Shown: one piece after another, positions 1 through 10,584 of the stretch | Layout of the letters: each line of letters opens with the position of its first letter | Position numbering within the stretch: the first letter of the stretch is position 1 | Source: Henriciella sp. | GTDB lineage: Bacteria; Pseudomonadota; Alphaproteobacteria; Caulobacterales; Hyphomonadaceae | NCBI RefSeq assembly: GCF_029937755.1 | Contig: NZ_JAPYPG010000002.1 | Location: 99,648 to 163,647 of the forward strand | DNA: 64,000 nucleotides | Direction of reading: 5' to 3' | Notes under the pieces: model-generated | The model's input: only the letters and a program-made list of their open reading frames with translations | What the model was told of the DNA's origin: nothing | The model's database searches: none | Position numbers and translations under genes: made by a program

Positions 1-1
1 T

Positions 2-1069
2 CTCGCCCCCTTCCGATCGCCTTATCGGGACGGAAGCACCCCACCCGCACCCGATGCGTCTTATACCATTCGCCTGCGCGCACCCGATGAAGGCGACATT
101 GTTGTCCAGGACAAGGTGCAAGGCGATGTACGCGTTCGCGCCAGCGAGATCGACGACCTCATCCTGCTAAGGGCAGATGGTAGCCCGACTTACATGCTCG
201 CAGTGGTGGTCGATGATCACGATATGGGCGTGACGCATGTTGTTCGCGGTGACGACCATCTCCGTAACACGTTCCGCCAGATACCGATCTACAAGGCCAT
301 GAGTTGGGATGTGCCGGTTTATGCACATGTTCCGATGATCCACGGGGACGACGGCGCGAAACTCTCCAAACGCCATGGCGCCCTGAGCACCACTGCATAT
401 CGGGAGATGGGCTACCTGCCCGAAGCCATGGCGGCCTATCTGCTGCGTCTTGGCTGGAGCCATGGAGACCAGGAAATCTTCACGCGGGAAGAAGCAATCG
501 AGCTTTTCTCACTCGAAGCCATCAACAAGGCCCCTGCGCGGCTGGACCTTGCGAAACTAAATGACGTCAATGCGCACTTCATCCGGCAGGCGGATGATGA
601 CCGGCTGATGGCCCTCCTGCTTCCCTGGCTTGAAGAGAAGGCCGGTCAGAGCCTCGCGGACGATACAAAAACACGTATTCGCTCAGCCCTGCCTCACATG
701 AAGGATCGCGGCGCCACACTTCCGGATCTGGCCGAAGCCTTCCGCTTTTTCTGGACAGCCAACACCGACAATCTCAACAAGAAGGCTCGGAAGGCCTTGT
801 CCGGGGACAGCCTTACGCGCCTGGGACAGTTGCGTGAAACCATTGCCAATGTTGCTGAATGGAGCGATACCGCATTGCAGCAAGCACTGGAGTCCTTCTG
901 CTCGGCGCACGAGCTGTCCTTCGGACAGGTCGGACCACCCATCCGCGCAGCATTAACGGGCGGACTCCCGGCTCCGGACCTAGCCCCTGTCATGGCCTGG
1001 CTCGGACGGGAAGAGACACTGGCGCGCATTGATTTTCATCTCGCCCGGGCGGAAGCCGGGAGCGAATAG
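2..1069 (+). CDS. gltX: Glutamate--tRNA ligase, copy 1 (5'-truncated by the window edge)
   Basis: The frame is open from base 2 ([10 protein letters not shown]...). Motifs [31 protein letters not shown] (KMSKS equivalent) and the anticodon-domain [10 protein letters not shown] are present; gene precedes gltA. Confidence 0.95.
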   Translation, partial: LAPFRSPYRDGSTPPAPDASYTIRLRAPDEGDIVVQDKVQGDVRVRASEIDDLILLRADGSPTYMLAVVVDDHDMGVTHVVRGDDHLRNTFRQIPIYKAMSWDVPVYAHVPMIHGDDGAKLSKRHGALSTTAYREMGYLPEAMAAYLLRLGWSHGDQEIFTREEAIELFSLEAINKAPARLDLAKLNDVNAHFIRQADDDRLMALLLPWLEEKAGQSLADDTKTRIRSALPHMKDRGATLPDLAEAFRFFWTANTDNLNKKARKALSGDSLTRLGQLRETIANVAEWSDTALQQALESFCSAHELSFGQVGPPIRAALTGGLPAPDLAPVMAWLGREETLARIDFHLARAEAGSE

Positions 1070-1092
1070 CGGACACGTTTAAGAGGGCTGAA

Positions 1093-2400
1093 ATGATCAA
1101 CAATACCAAACCTGCCGGTACGGCCAAATTCGAGATCGAAGGCAAAACCTATGAGTTCCCAATTCTGAGCGGTACTCACGGGCCGAATGTGGTCGATGTA
1201 AAAAAGCTATACGGCGAGGCAGGTGTCTTCACTCTCGACCCCGGCTTCACATCGACAGCGAGTTGCGAATCCCAGATTACCTTCATTGACGGTGAAGAAG
1301 GTATCCTGCTTCACCGCGGCTATCCAATCGATGAGCTTGCCAATCAATCAGGCTATCTCGAGGTCTGTTACCTGCTGCTGAATGGCAAGCTGCCGACGCA
1401 GACAGAATTCAAGGCCTTCGCCAAGGAAGTGACCCAGCACACACTGCTGCACACCCAGATGGACCGCTTCTTCGAGGGATTCCGGCGCGATAGCCATCCT
1501 ATGGCCATGCTCACAGGCACCGTCGGCGCCCTTTCTGCCTTCTACCCGAGTTCGATGGACAGTGCCGATCCGGAAGAACGCCGCCTGGCCTCTATCCGTC
1601 TGATCGCAAAGATGCCGACGCTCGCAGCGCGCATCTACAAATACTCGATCGGTCAGCCTTTCGTGAATCCGCGCAATGATCTCTCCTATGCCGAGAACTT
1701 CCTGCGCATGTGCTTCTCGGTCCCGGCCGAAGACTACAAGATCAGCCCCACCCTCGCAAAAGCGATGGATCGCTTCTTCATCCTGCATGCCGACCATGAG
1801 CAGAACGCATCAACGTCTACGGTCCGCCTTGCTGGCTCTTCCGGCGCCCATCCTTATGCCGCCGTGGCGGCGGGCGTAGCTTGTCTCTGGGGCCCAGCGC
1901 ATGGCGGCGCCAACGAAGCCTGCCTGAACATGCTGCATGAGATCGGTTCAGTAGACAGGATTCCGGAATTCATTGAGCGCGCGAAGGACAAGGATGATCC
2001 ATTCCGACTGATGGGCTTTGGCCACCGCGTTTACAAAAACTACGACCCGCGTGCGAAGGTCATGCAGCAGACGGCGCACGACGTTCTCGATGAGCTGGGC
2101 GTTCGCGACAATCCGGTCCTTAAGGTGGCCATGGAGCTCGAGAAGATCGCCCTTGAGGACGAATACTTTGTCGAGAAAAAGCTCTATCCGAATGTCGATT
2201 TCTATTCCGGCATCATTCTCGATGCGATGGGCTTTCCCACCGAGATGTTCACGGTTCTCTTCGCACTTGCCCGCACTGTCGGCTGGGTCTCTCAACTCAA
2301 CGAGATGATCGAAGACCCGACGCAGCGGATCGGGCGGCCGCGTCAGATCTATACCGGCGAAGCCAAGCGCAGCTTCATTCCGGTTTCGCAGCGCTCTTAA
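1093..2400 (+). CDS. gltA: Citrate synthase (type II)
   Basis: [56 protein letters not shown] motifs. Confidence 0.98.
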   Translation: MINNTKPAGTAKFEIEGKTYEFPILSGTHGPNVVDVKKLYGEAGVFTLDPGFTSTASCESQITFIDGEEGILLHRGYPIDELANQSGYLEVCYLLLNGKLPTQTEFKAFAKEVTQHTLLHTQMDRFFEGFRRDSHPMAMLTGTVGALSAFYPSSMDSADPEERRLASIRLIAKMPTLAARIYKYSIGQPFVNPRNDLSYAENFLRMCFSVPAEDYKISPTLAKAMDRFFILHADHEQNASTSTVRLAGSSGAHPYAAVAAGVACLWGPAHGGANEACLNMLHEIGSVDRIPEFIERAKDKDDPFRLMGFGHRVYKNYDPRAKVMQQTAHDVLDELGVRDNPVLKVAMELEKIALEDEYFVEKKLYPNVDFYSGIILDAMGFPTEMFTVLFALARTVGWVSQLNEMIEDPTQRIGRPRQIYTGEAKRSFIPVSQRS

Positions 2401-3542
2401 GCGCTCGACAGAAGCACGTCTGCGGCTATTTCAGCGGACGGAAGTTGGCTCTCTCCCATGCGGGAGAGAGCTTTTCTTTGGGCAGCTATCTGAGTCTCCC
2501 GCGCCTCGATGTGATTCAGCATCCCAATGGCAGTGTCTGCGATCGGCCCGGCCTTGAACTTCGTCTGCACGAACTCGGGCACCACCTGGGTGTCATCAGC
2601 GGCAATATTGAGAAGCGTGATATGCGTCGGCTTGAAAAGCAGGAAGCGCGCGAGCGCCCAGGTGATCCAGCCTGTATGGTAACCAACCAGGAACGGCGTC
2701 GATTGCAAGGCTAGTTCACTTGTGACGGTCCCCGAACAGGCCAGCGCATAATCGGCCGATGCCATGATGTCATAACGATCAGCCTTCGGCGGAGATACGC
2801 TCGCCCATTGTGTGATGTCTGGAAATGCCTCCAAAAACTGCGAGCGGACATTAGCAGAAGGGTGCATGACGATCCGGCTGTGCGGCACTTCCGATTTCAC
2901 TCGGCGAGCTGCCTCGACCAACACAGGCGCGACCTGCTCGATCTCTCCCCGGCGGCTTCCAGGCAGGACCAGAAGCATTGGAGCGTCCGCACCTATACCC
3001 AGGGCTTCTCTGCCTCTTGAGCGATCCCCAATATGACCGCGCGAGAGCGCCGGGTTGCCCATCACTGTCACCGGCAGGTCAAACGGCTCGTAGAATGGCG
3101 CTTCGAACGCGTGGATACAAACAAGGTGGTCCACGGTTTGCGCAAGCGTCTGCGCGCGACCGGGACGTGTCGCCCATACTTGCGGACCCACGACCTTGAC
3201 CAATCGAATATGCGGCGCACGTTCTCGCACACGCTGAGCGACCCTCAGCGTGTACCCCCAGGAATCCACGAGCCCGACGACATCCGGATCGGCCCTGACA
3301 ATATCTTCTGCAGCCTGGTCGGCGAGCTCAATGACGCGTTTGTAAATCTTCAACCCTTCAATCAGGCCGAGGACCGACAGTTCTGAAGTATCGATGGGCG
3401 AGCGGATTCCCGCCTCAGCCATATGCTCCCCGCCGATTCCATGAATCTCGGTGCCGGGTGCCTTTTCCCGAATAGCCTCGATAATCTCTGACGCCAGTAG
3501 ATCGCCGGATGGCTCCGCTGCAACCAGATAGACGCTGGCCAT
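2397..3542 (-). CDS. lpxB: Lipid-A-disaccharide synthase
   Basis: [33 protein letters not shown] motifs; last gene of the lpx cluster. Confidence 0.95.
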   Translation of the reverse strand: MASVYLVAAEPSGDLLASEIIEAIREKAPGTEIHGIGGEHMAEAGIRSPIDTSELSVLGLIEGLKIYKRVIELADQAAEDIVRADPDVVGLVDSWGYTLRVAQRVRERAPHIRLVKVVGPQVWATRPGRAQTLAQTVDHLVCIHAFEAPFYEPFDLPVTVMGNPALSRGHIGDRSRGREALGIGADAPMLLVLPGSRRGEIEQVAPVLVEAARRVKSEVPHSRIVMHPSANVRSQFLEAFPDITQWASVSPPKADRYDIMASADYALACSGTVTSELALQSTPFLVGYHTGWITWALARFLLFKPTHITLLNIAADDTQVVPEFVQTKFKAGPIADTAIGMLNHIEARETQIAAQRKALSRMGESQLPSAEIAADVLLSSA

Positions 3543-4381
3543 CAGTCCCAGCCCGCCGGAAACCCGTACACAAAAATCCCATGCTGTGCGCAGAGTTCAA
3601 TGATCTTTTCTCGTCCGACAAGGAGTGCGCCTCCTTCCTCAAGACCGATACCCGCCAGGCCCGCCTCTGAGGCAGACCTGATGGTAGCCGGACCGATTGT
3701 TGGAAGATCGATACGCCTCTCTTGAATGGGCTTGGGACGCTTCACCAGAACACCCTTGCGCTCGCCGCATGTGCCTCTGAGAGCCGGGTCGAGACGGGCC
3801 ACACGGGACAGCATACCGTCTGTTCCTTCTTGCGCCTCGACCGCCAGAACGAGTCCGTCGACCACGACACAGCCCTGGCCGATATCGAGGCGCCCAATTT
3901 CCGAGGCAATGCGCGCAGCCTTCTTCATGTCGGCAAGAACAGTATCGTCCGGAACAGGTCCGGCCAGCAGACCAGCCCCCATCTTAAGCTCACTCGCAGC
4001 CTGCTCAGCTCCTATTATCCTGAAACCGGCCTTTTCGAGATCGTCCAGGATGACCCGCAGCAACGCATCATCGCCCTTTCGAGCCGCCGCAAGAACCTTG
4101 GGCAGAAGGCGAGCGCCCCGCATATCAAGTTTAATATCTGAAAAGTTCGGACGTTTGACGATACCCGCGAAGACAAGTTCCTCGCATCCTTCTTCCTTGA
4201 AGCGTTTCATAAGGCGGCCAAGCTGGCCCATGCCGACCGTTTCGCCCGGGAACTGTAGCAGTGCCTTTTCCTCAAATCCGGCGAGCCGCATGACATAGAC
4301 AGAGCGCCCACTCTCCTGCGCCGCCTGCGCGATGCTCACAGGAAGATTACCGAGACCAGAAATGATGCCGAGCTTGGACAT
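3542..4381 (-). CDS. lpxI: UDP-2,3-diacylglucosamine pyrophosphatase LpxI
   Basis: Start re-set to the ATG at 4381 (MSKLGIISGLGNLP); motifs DIGQGCVV, AVEAQEGTDGML, DLPTIGPATI; lies between lpxA and lpxB. Confidence 0.93.
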   Translation of the reverse strand: MSKLGIISGLGNLPVSIAQAAQESGRSVYVMRLAGFEEKALLQFPGETVGMGQLGRLMKRFKEEGCEELVFAGIVKRPNFSDIKLDMRGARLLPKVLAAARKGDDALLRVILDDLEKAGFRIIGAEQAASELKMGAGLLAGPVPDDTVLADMKKAARIASEIGRLDIGQGCVVVDGLVLAVEAQEGTDGMLSRVARLDPALRGTCGERKGVLVKRPKPIQERRIDLPTIGPATIRSASEAGLAGIGLEEGGALLVGREKIIELCAQHGIFVYGFPAGWD

Positions 4382-4389
4382 GTCAGCCC

Positions 4390-5181
4390 TTACTCTGGCA
4401 GGCAAAGTGCCCGGCTCTTGCTGGCTCGGATGAATTCGATGATCTCCAGCAATTCGGGGCAATCGCCATAGGTTTCTTCCGCATCGACCACCCGCTCGCT
4501 GAACGTTCCTTCCTTGGCAAACAGCATGCGATAAGCCGCTCGGAGATCGTGGATGGACTGACGGCTGAAACCGCGGCGCTTCATGCCGGTGATGTTCAGA
4601 CCGGCCAGATGAGCGTGGTTTCCGATGACCGAACCATACGGGATGACATCCGCTACGACGATAGCGCCGCCGCCAACAAATGCATGACGTCCAATACGGG
4701 TGAACTGATGCACGGCTGACATACCGCCCATCCAGACCTGTTCGCCAACGGTAATATGCCCCCCGAGCGCAACATTGTTTGCAAATACGCACTTGTCGCC
4801 AACCTGACAGTCATGCGCGACATGCCCGCCCACCATGATCAGGCAATGCGCCCCGACTGATGTCAGGCCACCATGTTTAGGCGAGCCGCCATGAATGGTG
4901 ACATGCTCGCGGAGGACGGTGCCTTCACCAATCGTTATGCGAGACGTTCCATCATCCTTGAAGCCAAGGATCTGCGGTGCTGCCCCAACAACAGCGCTCG
5001 GAAAGATCTCGACCTCGCGACCCAGCTCTGTCTGTCCCTTGACGGTCGCGCGCTCGTGAATCTGACAACCATCGCCCAGCACCACACCCGCTCCTACAAA
5101 GGCAAAAGCCCCGATGCGGACATCGTTTCCGATTTCTGCGCCCGCTTCGACAATCGCAGTGGGATGGATATTCGTGCTCAC
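4390..5181 (-). CDS. lpxA: Acyl-ACP--UDP-N-acetylglucosamine O-acyltransferase
   Basis: GTG start; IHPTAIVE, hexapeptide repeats, HVAHDC, VHQFTRIG. Confidence 0.97.
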   Translation of the reverse strand: MSTNIHPTAIVEAGAEIGNDVRIGAFAFVGAGVVLGDGCQIHERATVKGQTELGREVEIFPSAVVGAAPQILGFKDDGTSRITIGEGTVLREHVTIHGGSPKHGGLTSVGAHCLIMVGGHVAHDCQVGDKCVFANNVALGGHITVGEQVWMGGMSAVHQFTRIGRHAFVGGGAIVVADVIPYGSVIGNHAHLAGLNITGMKRRGFSRQSIHDLRAAYRMLFAKEGTFSERVVDAEETYGDCPELLEIIEFIRASKSRALCLPE

Positions 5182-6191
5182 TTTGCCTTCTTATCCCCCG
5201 ATATCTGCTTCTGGAGCCAGGCGATTTCGCGCATCCACTGACGAATCGGTCGGGCCGGCGTTCCGCCCCACGTCTCCCCAGCAGGGACTTCACGGAACAC
5301 TCCCGAAGACGCGGCGATCTGTGCGCGCTCACCGACTTTTACATGGTCGGCAATGCCCGCGCGGCCACCGAGCATGGCCCCGTCTTCAATGATGACCGAT
5401 CCCGAAATCCCTCCGAAAGACGCGATTACCACGCTCCGGCCAATAACGGCGTTGTGTGCAATCTGGCACAGATTATCGATCTTGGTGCGTTCACCGATGA
5501 TCGTATCGTCGAACGCCCCGCGATCAACACATGTATTGGCACCGATTGTCACGTGATCCTGCACAATGACCCGGCCATATTGCGGCGCGTCATCAGCGCC
5601 ATCAGGCCCACCCATGACACCAAATCCGCTCTCACCGATACGGGCCCCGGAATAGATCCGGACATTGTTGCCAAGGAGCGCGCACTGGATGGAAACATTA
5701 GCGCCGATTTCGCAATCACGCCCGACCTGTACGCCGGGTCCGATCACCGAGTTCGGGCCAATGACGCTGCGATCGCCAATGGCTGCCCCCGCACCGATAA
5801 CGGCGCTCGGCGCCACCTGAGCGGTTTCATGGACATTGGTTTCGGTATGCCCTGCCTGATCGGTCCAGCTTCGCTGGCGCAATATGGCTCTACTAGCGAC
5901 TGCATGAGCATGACGCGGCAACGGTGTACAAAGAGCCACCACACCCTCAGGCAAGGAATCAGCATGGTCGGGCTTAACAAAGCACGCCGTCGCCCGTCGA
6001 CTGATCTCGTCGGCCCGTGGCGCCTTGACGCCCTCATAATAGCAGAGATCGCCATCGCCGGAGCTTGAGGCAGGACCAACTCCGCTTACGAGTTCGGCCC
6101 TGTCGCCGCGAAGCTCGGCCCCGGAAATCCGGGCGAGCTCCGCGACTGAAACGGGGCCGAGCAGTTCGTAGAACCGGCCGTCGACAGGCAT
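5178..6191 (-). CDS. lpxD: UDP-3-O-acylglucosamine N-acyltransferase
   Basis: Hexapeptide repeats, IGESGFG, GANTCVDRGAFDDT, KIDNLCQIAHN. Confidence 0.97.
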   Translation of the reverse strand: MPVDGRFYELLGPVSVAELARISGAELRGDRAELVSGVGPASSSGDGDLCYYEGVKAPRADEISRRATACFVKPDHADSLPEGVVALCTPLPRHAHAVASRAILRQRSWTDQAGHTETNVHETAQVAPSAVIGAGAAIGDRSVIGPNSVIGPGVQVGRDCEIGANVSIQCALLGNNVRIYSGARIGESGFGVMGGPDGADDAPQYGRVIVQDHVTIGANTCVDRGAFDDTIIGERTKIDNLCQIAHNAVIGRSVVIASFGGISGSVIIEDGAMLGGRAGIADHVKVGERAQIAASSGVFREVPAGETWGGTPARPIRQWMREIAWLQKQISGDKKAK

Positions 6192-6192
6192 G

Positions 6193-6786
6193 CTACTGCT
6201 GCTGCGGTTGCGCCTGAATTTTCTGACGCACGACGTTCACGGTTGGCATTTTCGCATCCATCTTGCTGATGACGAGATCAGTCGCGTCGACCGAAGAAGA
6301 CACGTAAACTGCGTCAGAACGGTCCAGCATGATGTCAGCGTTCTTCTCGGTGACCACTTCCTGCAAGACGGGCTGCATGGCCGTGAAGAAGTCGCTCCAT
6401 GCCTTGCGTTCCGTAGCCTGTAGTTCTGCCGCAGCAATCTTGCGCTTACGATTGAACTCCTGAGCCTTGCGCGCATAGTCACGCACTTCTGAACTCAATG
6501 CTTCATCGGCTGTGATGGCATCCATCGACATGTTTGCCGTCTTCGCTTCGAGCGACTGACCTTCCGAAGCAAGAGAATCCTGGGTCGGCTTCAGTTCGGC
6601 CGACATGGACTGTTCGATGGCGTTTACCTTCGAAATGATATCCTTGCCGCCCGCGCTTTCGCGCATGATGCGGTTCTGGTCGATGACGATAACATTGGTG
6701 CCTTGGGCATGCGCCACCGGCGCAACGACGGCGGCGCTCGTGAACAGCATCGCGAACGATGCTAGAGCAGCTTTCAAGAATTGCAT
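6193..6786 (-). CDS. skp: OmpH/Skp family periplasmic chaperone
   Basis: Signal peptide ending AHA, VIDQNRIM start of the mature protein, coiled-coil body, position between bamA and lpxD. Confidence 0.85.
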   Translation of the reverse strand: MQFLKAALASFAMLFTSAAVVAPVAHAQGTNVIVIDQNRIMRESAGGKDIISKVNAIEQSMSAELKPTQDSLASEGQSLEAKTANMSMDAITADEALSSEVRDYARKAQEFNRKRKIAAAELQATERKAWSDFFTAMQPVLQEVVTEKNADIMLDRSDAVYVSSSVDATDLVISKMDAKMPTVNVVRQKIQAQPQQQ

Positions 6787-6806
6787 TATATCCTCCTCAG
6801 GACGTC

Positions 6807-9377
6807 TCAGAAGCGAGTGGAAGTGCTGAACCGGAATGTCTCCGTCCGGTCATACTCTTCCTGTCGTAGAATTTGAGAGAAATCGAACCGGATCGGTCCG
6901 AATGGCGAATCCCAGCCCACAGACAAACCGGCCGAAGCCCGCAGTCCCATCGCATCTTTCGTTAGCCGAACAGTGGTCGTTTCCGACCCTTCCGGAGAAA
7001 TGATCCGAGCCGGATCTATGTCGATGTCATCAAGCATGCCAACGGAGCCGGCCTCAACAAACAGCGCTGTGTCGATCCCGTACTCGTCAGGCAGGAAGTT
7101 GGGTACCGTCACTTCGAGTGTACCTTGATAATATGCCTTGCCCCCCAAAGCATTCAGACGCCGCACCCGAACGGTATTTCCTTCGGAATCCACCGTGCGC
7201 TCAATCAGGCGCGGTCCGAGGCCGGCAACGTCAAAACCACGGAAGCTTGAACCGCCACGGAAGAAGCGGTTGTTGATCCGGATACCGTCATCATCGCCAA
7301 TTGGTTCGATCAGGCCGCCAGAGATGCGGGCACTGGCCCGCACGCCTTTGAAAATGCCCTTATACGTCGCTGCGGAAACTTCGGTGCGCAGAAACTGCAC
7401 ATCGCCACCTACACCCGCAAAATCCTGGCTGAGCGACATGTCGAAACCGCCCGTTGGTTCGATCGGATCATTGCGCCTGTCCCAATTGAAGGAATAGCCG
7501 ATGATGGACGAAATTTCCGCGCGCTCGTTCCGGCATCCTCTTGAGCGATTGATATATTCGGCGTCACAAATATCGACCACAGCGGTTCCATCCGGCAGAG
7601 GGTCCGCATTTGGTGAAACTGGCACCTGGACTTCAGTGTCATCCGATGGGTCATCCGGCGTGCCATTGTCATCGACCACCGTCTGGAATGCCAGCGTGCC
7701 ATCAGCATCATTAATAACGATTGGTACATCCGCCAGATCCAGCTTGTCAGATTGGAGCCGGTAACGAAGGCCCAGATTCGTGTGCTCGCTCAGGGGAAAG
7801 CCTAGGTTTACACCAGCACCAATTGTATCGGTTTCAAACCCGCCAAACGCGACATCGGAAAAATCCGAACGCGTGGAGAAGATATCGATGCCTGCCGCGA
7901 GGTTCCGGTCCAGGAAGCGTGGCTCACGGAAACGCAAATCCACATATTGCTGGCGTTGCGACGCGGAAACCCGCGCAATCACTGTCTGGCCTCGGCCTCT
8001 GAGATTGCGCTGGGAGACGCTGACATCGAACAGGAAGGCATCGACGGAAGAATAACCCGCCGCAAAGGAAAGCTCGCCTGTTGGTTGTTCCTCGACACTC
8101 ACCTCGACCACCGTGCGATCCGGACGCGAGCCGGGGCTTTCGGTGATTTCCACGTTCTTGAAGTAGCCAAGGGCGCGAACCCGGTTGCGCGAACGGTCAA
8201 GCAGCACGCGGTTAAACGCATCGCCTTCCGAGACCCGCAGTTCGCGGCGAATGACCCGGTCAAGCGTTGCCGTATTACCCACAATGTCGACACGCTCGAC
8301 ATAAACGCGCGGGCCTTCATCGATCGCAAAAGTGACGTTGATCCGGTTGGTTTCGGGATCAGGATCAAGCTGCGGGGTGATATCGACAAAGGCATAACCG
8401 GCAACGCCGGCCGCATAGGTCAGCGTGTCGATCGCGTTCTCGATCTGGTTGCCCCGGAACAGGTTGCCTTCCTGGATCGAAAGCGCCCGGCGCAGCGCAC
8501 TGGCGTTGAGTTTGTCGAGCTCTGTCTCGACCTTCACATCGCCATAATAATACTGATCACCTTCATCGACGGTGTAGGTGATGTAGAAGTCTTCCTGGTC
8601 TGGCGTCAGATCGGCAACAGCAGACACCACCCGGAAGTCATAATATCCATTATTCTGATAGAATTGGCGCAGAAGCTCCCGGTCATACTCCAGCCGTCCC
8701 GGGTCATAATTGTCGTTTGAACTGAAGAAGCGCCACCAGCGCGACTGACGCGTGACGATTTCACTGCGCAACCGGCCATCAGAATAAGCTCCGTTACCGA
8801 TGAAATTGATCGACCGGACCCCGGTGACAGGCCCTTCGTTGATGACAAAGACCAGATCAACGCGGTTTTGTTCCAGCGGCTTGTATTGAGGCTCAACGCT
8901 GGCTGCGAATCGGCCAGACTGACGATAGAGTTCGAGAATGCGCTGAACATCGGACTGCACGCGGGCCGCCGTGAAGATGCCCCGAGGTGCGACTTCGATT
9001 TCCTCGCGCATCTTTTCGTCATCGATAGCGTCGTTACCCTCGAAGATCACACGGTTAATGATCGGATTTTCCACGACCCGGACGATCAGGTCTGAGCCGG
9101 ATTTCTCGAAGGAAGCATCCGCAAACAAACCGGTGGCAAATAGCGTCTTCAGTGAAAGGTCAATGCGGTCTGGATCGAACGGATCACCTGGCTCAACGAG
9201 CAGATAGGACTGAATCGTGCGGTCCTCGATCCGCTGATTACCTTCCACGATGACCGTGCGGATCGTTTCGCCAGAATTCACCGTTTGCGCGTGTGCAACA
9301 GGGTTTAGCCCCGGGGCCGTGGCAAGGGCCACACTGGCAACAACGCTCATAAGGGATGCAGCGAATGCAGATCGCAT
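6807..9377 (-). CDS. bamA: Outer membrane protein assembly factor BamA
   Basis: Signal peptide, five POTRA repeats (VEGNQRIED..., IVGNTATLDRVIRREL), FRGF/VRGF motif, C-terminal SPFGPIRFDFS...FRFSTSTRF. Confidence 0.98.
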   Translation of the reverse strand: MRSAFAASLMSVVASVALATAPGLNPVAHAQTVNSGETIRTVIVEGNQRIEDRTIQSYLLVEPGDPFDPDRIDLSLKTLFATGLFADASFEKSGSDLIVRVVENPIINRVIFEGNDAIDDEKMREEIEVAPRGIFTAARVQSDVQRILELYRQSGRFAASVEPQYKPLEQNRVDLVFVINEGPVTGVRSINFIGNGAYSDGRLRSEIVTRQSRWWRFFSSNDNYDPGRLEYDRELLRQFYQNNGYYDFRVVSAVADLTPDQEDFYITYTVDEGDQYYYGDVKVETELDKLNASALRRALSIQEGNLFRGNQIENAIDTLTYAAGVAGYAFVDITPQLDPDPETNRINVTFAIDEGPRVYVERVDIVGNTATLDRVIRRELRVSEGDAFNRVLLDRSRNRVRALGYFKNVEITESPGSRPDRTVVEVSVEEQPTGELSFAAGYSSVDAFLFDVSVSQRNLRGRGQTVIARVSASQRQQYVDLRFREPRFLDRNLAAGIDIFSTRSDFSDVAFGGFETDTIGAGVNLGFPLSEHTNLGLRYRLQSDKLDLADVPIVINDADGTLAFQTVVDDNGTPDDPSDDTEVQVPVSPNADPLPDGTAVVDICDAEYINRSRGCRNERAEISSIIGYSFNWDRRNDPIEPTGGFDMSLSQDFAGVGGDVQFLRTEVSAATYKGIFKGVRASARISGGLIEPIGDDDGIRINNRFFRGGSSFRGFDVAGLGPRLIERTVDSEGNTVRVRRLNALGGKAYYQGTLEVTVPNFLPDEYGIDTALFVEAGSVGMLDDIDIDPARIISPEGSETTTVRLTKDAMGLRASAGLSVGWDSPFGPIRFDFSQILRQEEYDRTETFRFSTSTRF

Positions 9378-9411
9378 ATCTAAACTCTCAATTTACCGTG
9401 AAGCTCGGCTA

Positions 9412-10584
9412 TCAGCCACGAGCAGTGTTGAACAGTCCCGTTTCCAGTACGTCGCCCCATGTGATGAACACGAACATTCCGAGCAACAAGACCATCCCCG
9501 CCATAAGCGCACCTTCCTGAATACGTGCCGGCATCGGTTTTCCGGCTATGGCTTCATAGCAATTGAAAACGATGTGGCCACCGTCGAGTACAGGAAATGG
9601 AAGTAAATTAAAGAAACCGATTCCTACAGAGACCGCCGCGCAGATGCTGATCATGTTCCAGAAAAGCGACTGCATCTTCTCCCAGGCGGATACCTCCTGC
9701 ACCGCCATCGTGCGGTTGACGATACGGCGGCTGACATCACCAATCGCAACAGGCCCGCTGAGTGTGCTCAGATCCTCCTTGCCCGTCACCATCCGCTTGA
9801 TCATGTCGGTCGTCATGGTCAGCGTGGACCAGGTCTGCTCCCCGCCTTTCAATAGCGCTTCAGCGGGGTTGTAGCGAATGTGCCGCCCAGTATCGGGCAT
9901 AGAGGCCATCTGAACGCCGATGGTCCCCATCTTCTGCATCTGCCCAACAGCATTTTCACGGACCTCAGGCTGCGGAACCACTGTCAGTGTCATCGGCTCA
10001 GAATTACGCTCAACGACGGTCTCAACCTCACTGTTGCTCGACATGGAGATGATCATCTGCACCTGACCAGCACTGGTGATCGGCTTTCCCTCCATGGAGA
10101 CAAAGACATCGCCGGGCTCAAATCCTGCTTGCTGCGCTGGTGTGCCTTCGAACACACCCATTACAGCCACGCGGCTTTCATAGCTGCCATTAACCAGGAA
10201 GAGCATCGAAAACAGCAAGAAGGCGAGGATGAAATTGGCCGCTGGACCTGCTGCAGCAATGATTGTTCTGCCGCCAACGCCAATATCATTGTAGAGCTTG
10301 CCCTTGGGCCCCTCCTCCACCTTGCCTACATCGCTTGGCAGTTGATGCTCACCAACGAACTTCACAAAACCGCCGAGAGGAATCCAGTTTACGCGCCAGC
10401 GCGTGCCATTGCGATCCGTACGAGCGAAAATCGGTTTCCCGAATCCGACCGAAAACGATTCTACAGCGGCCCCGAAGAAACGTCCCGCAAAGTAGTGGCC
10501 GAGCTCATGGATGACCACCACGATACCGAGCAGGAAAACAAGGCTGAGAATAAAGATCGGGATCTGGCCAAGAGCGTCCATCAT
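9412..10584 (-). CDS. rseP: RIP metalloprotease RseP
   Basis: HELGH zinc motif, PLGGFVKF, PDZ domain, NLLPFPVLDGGH. Confidence 0.96.
   Translation of the reverse strand: MMDALGQIPIFILSLVFLLGIVVVIHELGHYFAGRFFGAAVESFSVGFGKPIFARTDRNGTRWRVNWIPLGGFVKFVGEHQLPSDVGKVEEGPKGKLYNDIGVGGRTIIAAAGPAANFILAFLLFSMLFLVNGSYESRVAVMGVFEGTPAQQAGFEPGDVFVSMEGKPITSAGQVQMIISMSSNSEVETVVERNSEPMTLTVVPQPEVRENAVGQMQKMGTIGVQMASMPDTGRHIRYNPAEALLKGGEQTWSTLTMTTDMIKRMVTGKEDLSTLSGPVAIGDVSRRIVNRTMAVQEVSAWEKMQSLFWNMISICAAVSVGIGFFNLLPFPVLDGGHIVFNCYEAIAGKPMPARIQEGALMAGMVLLLGMFVFITWGDVLETGLFNTARG

Noticed and set aside
4382-4792. N-terminal extension of the 416-aa ORF at 3542-4792
   Set aside because: It is an alternative frame over lpxA; LpxI homology begins at the ATG at 4381.
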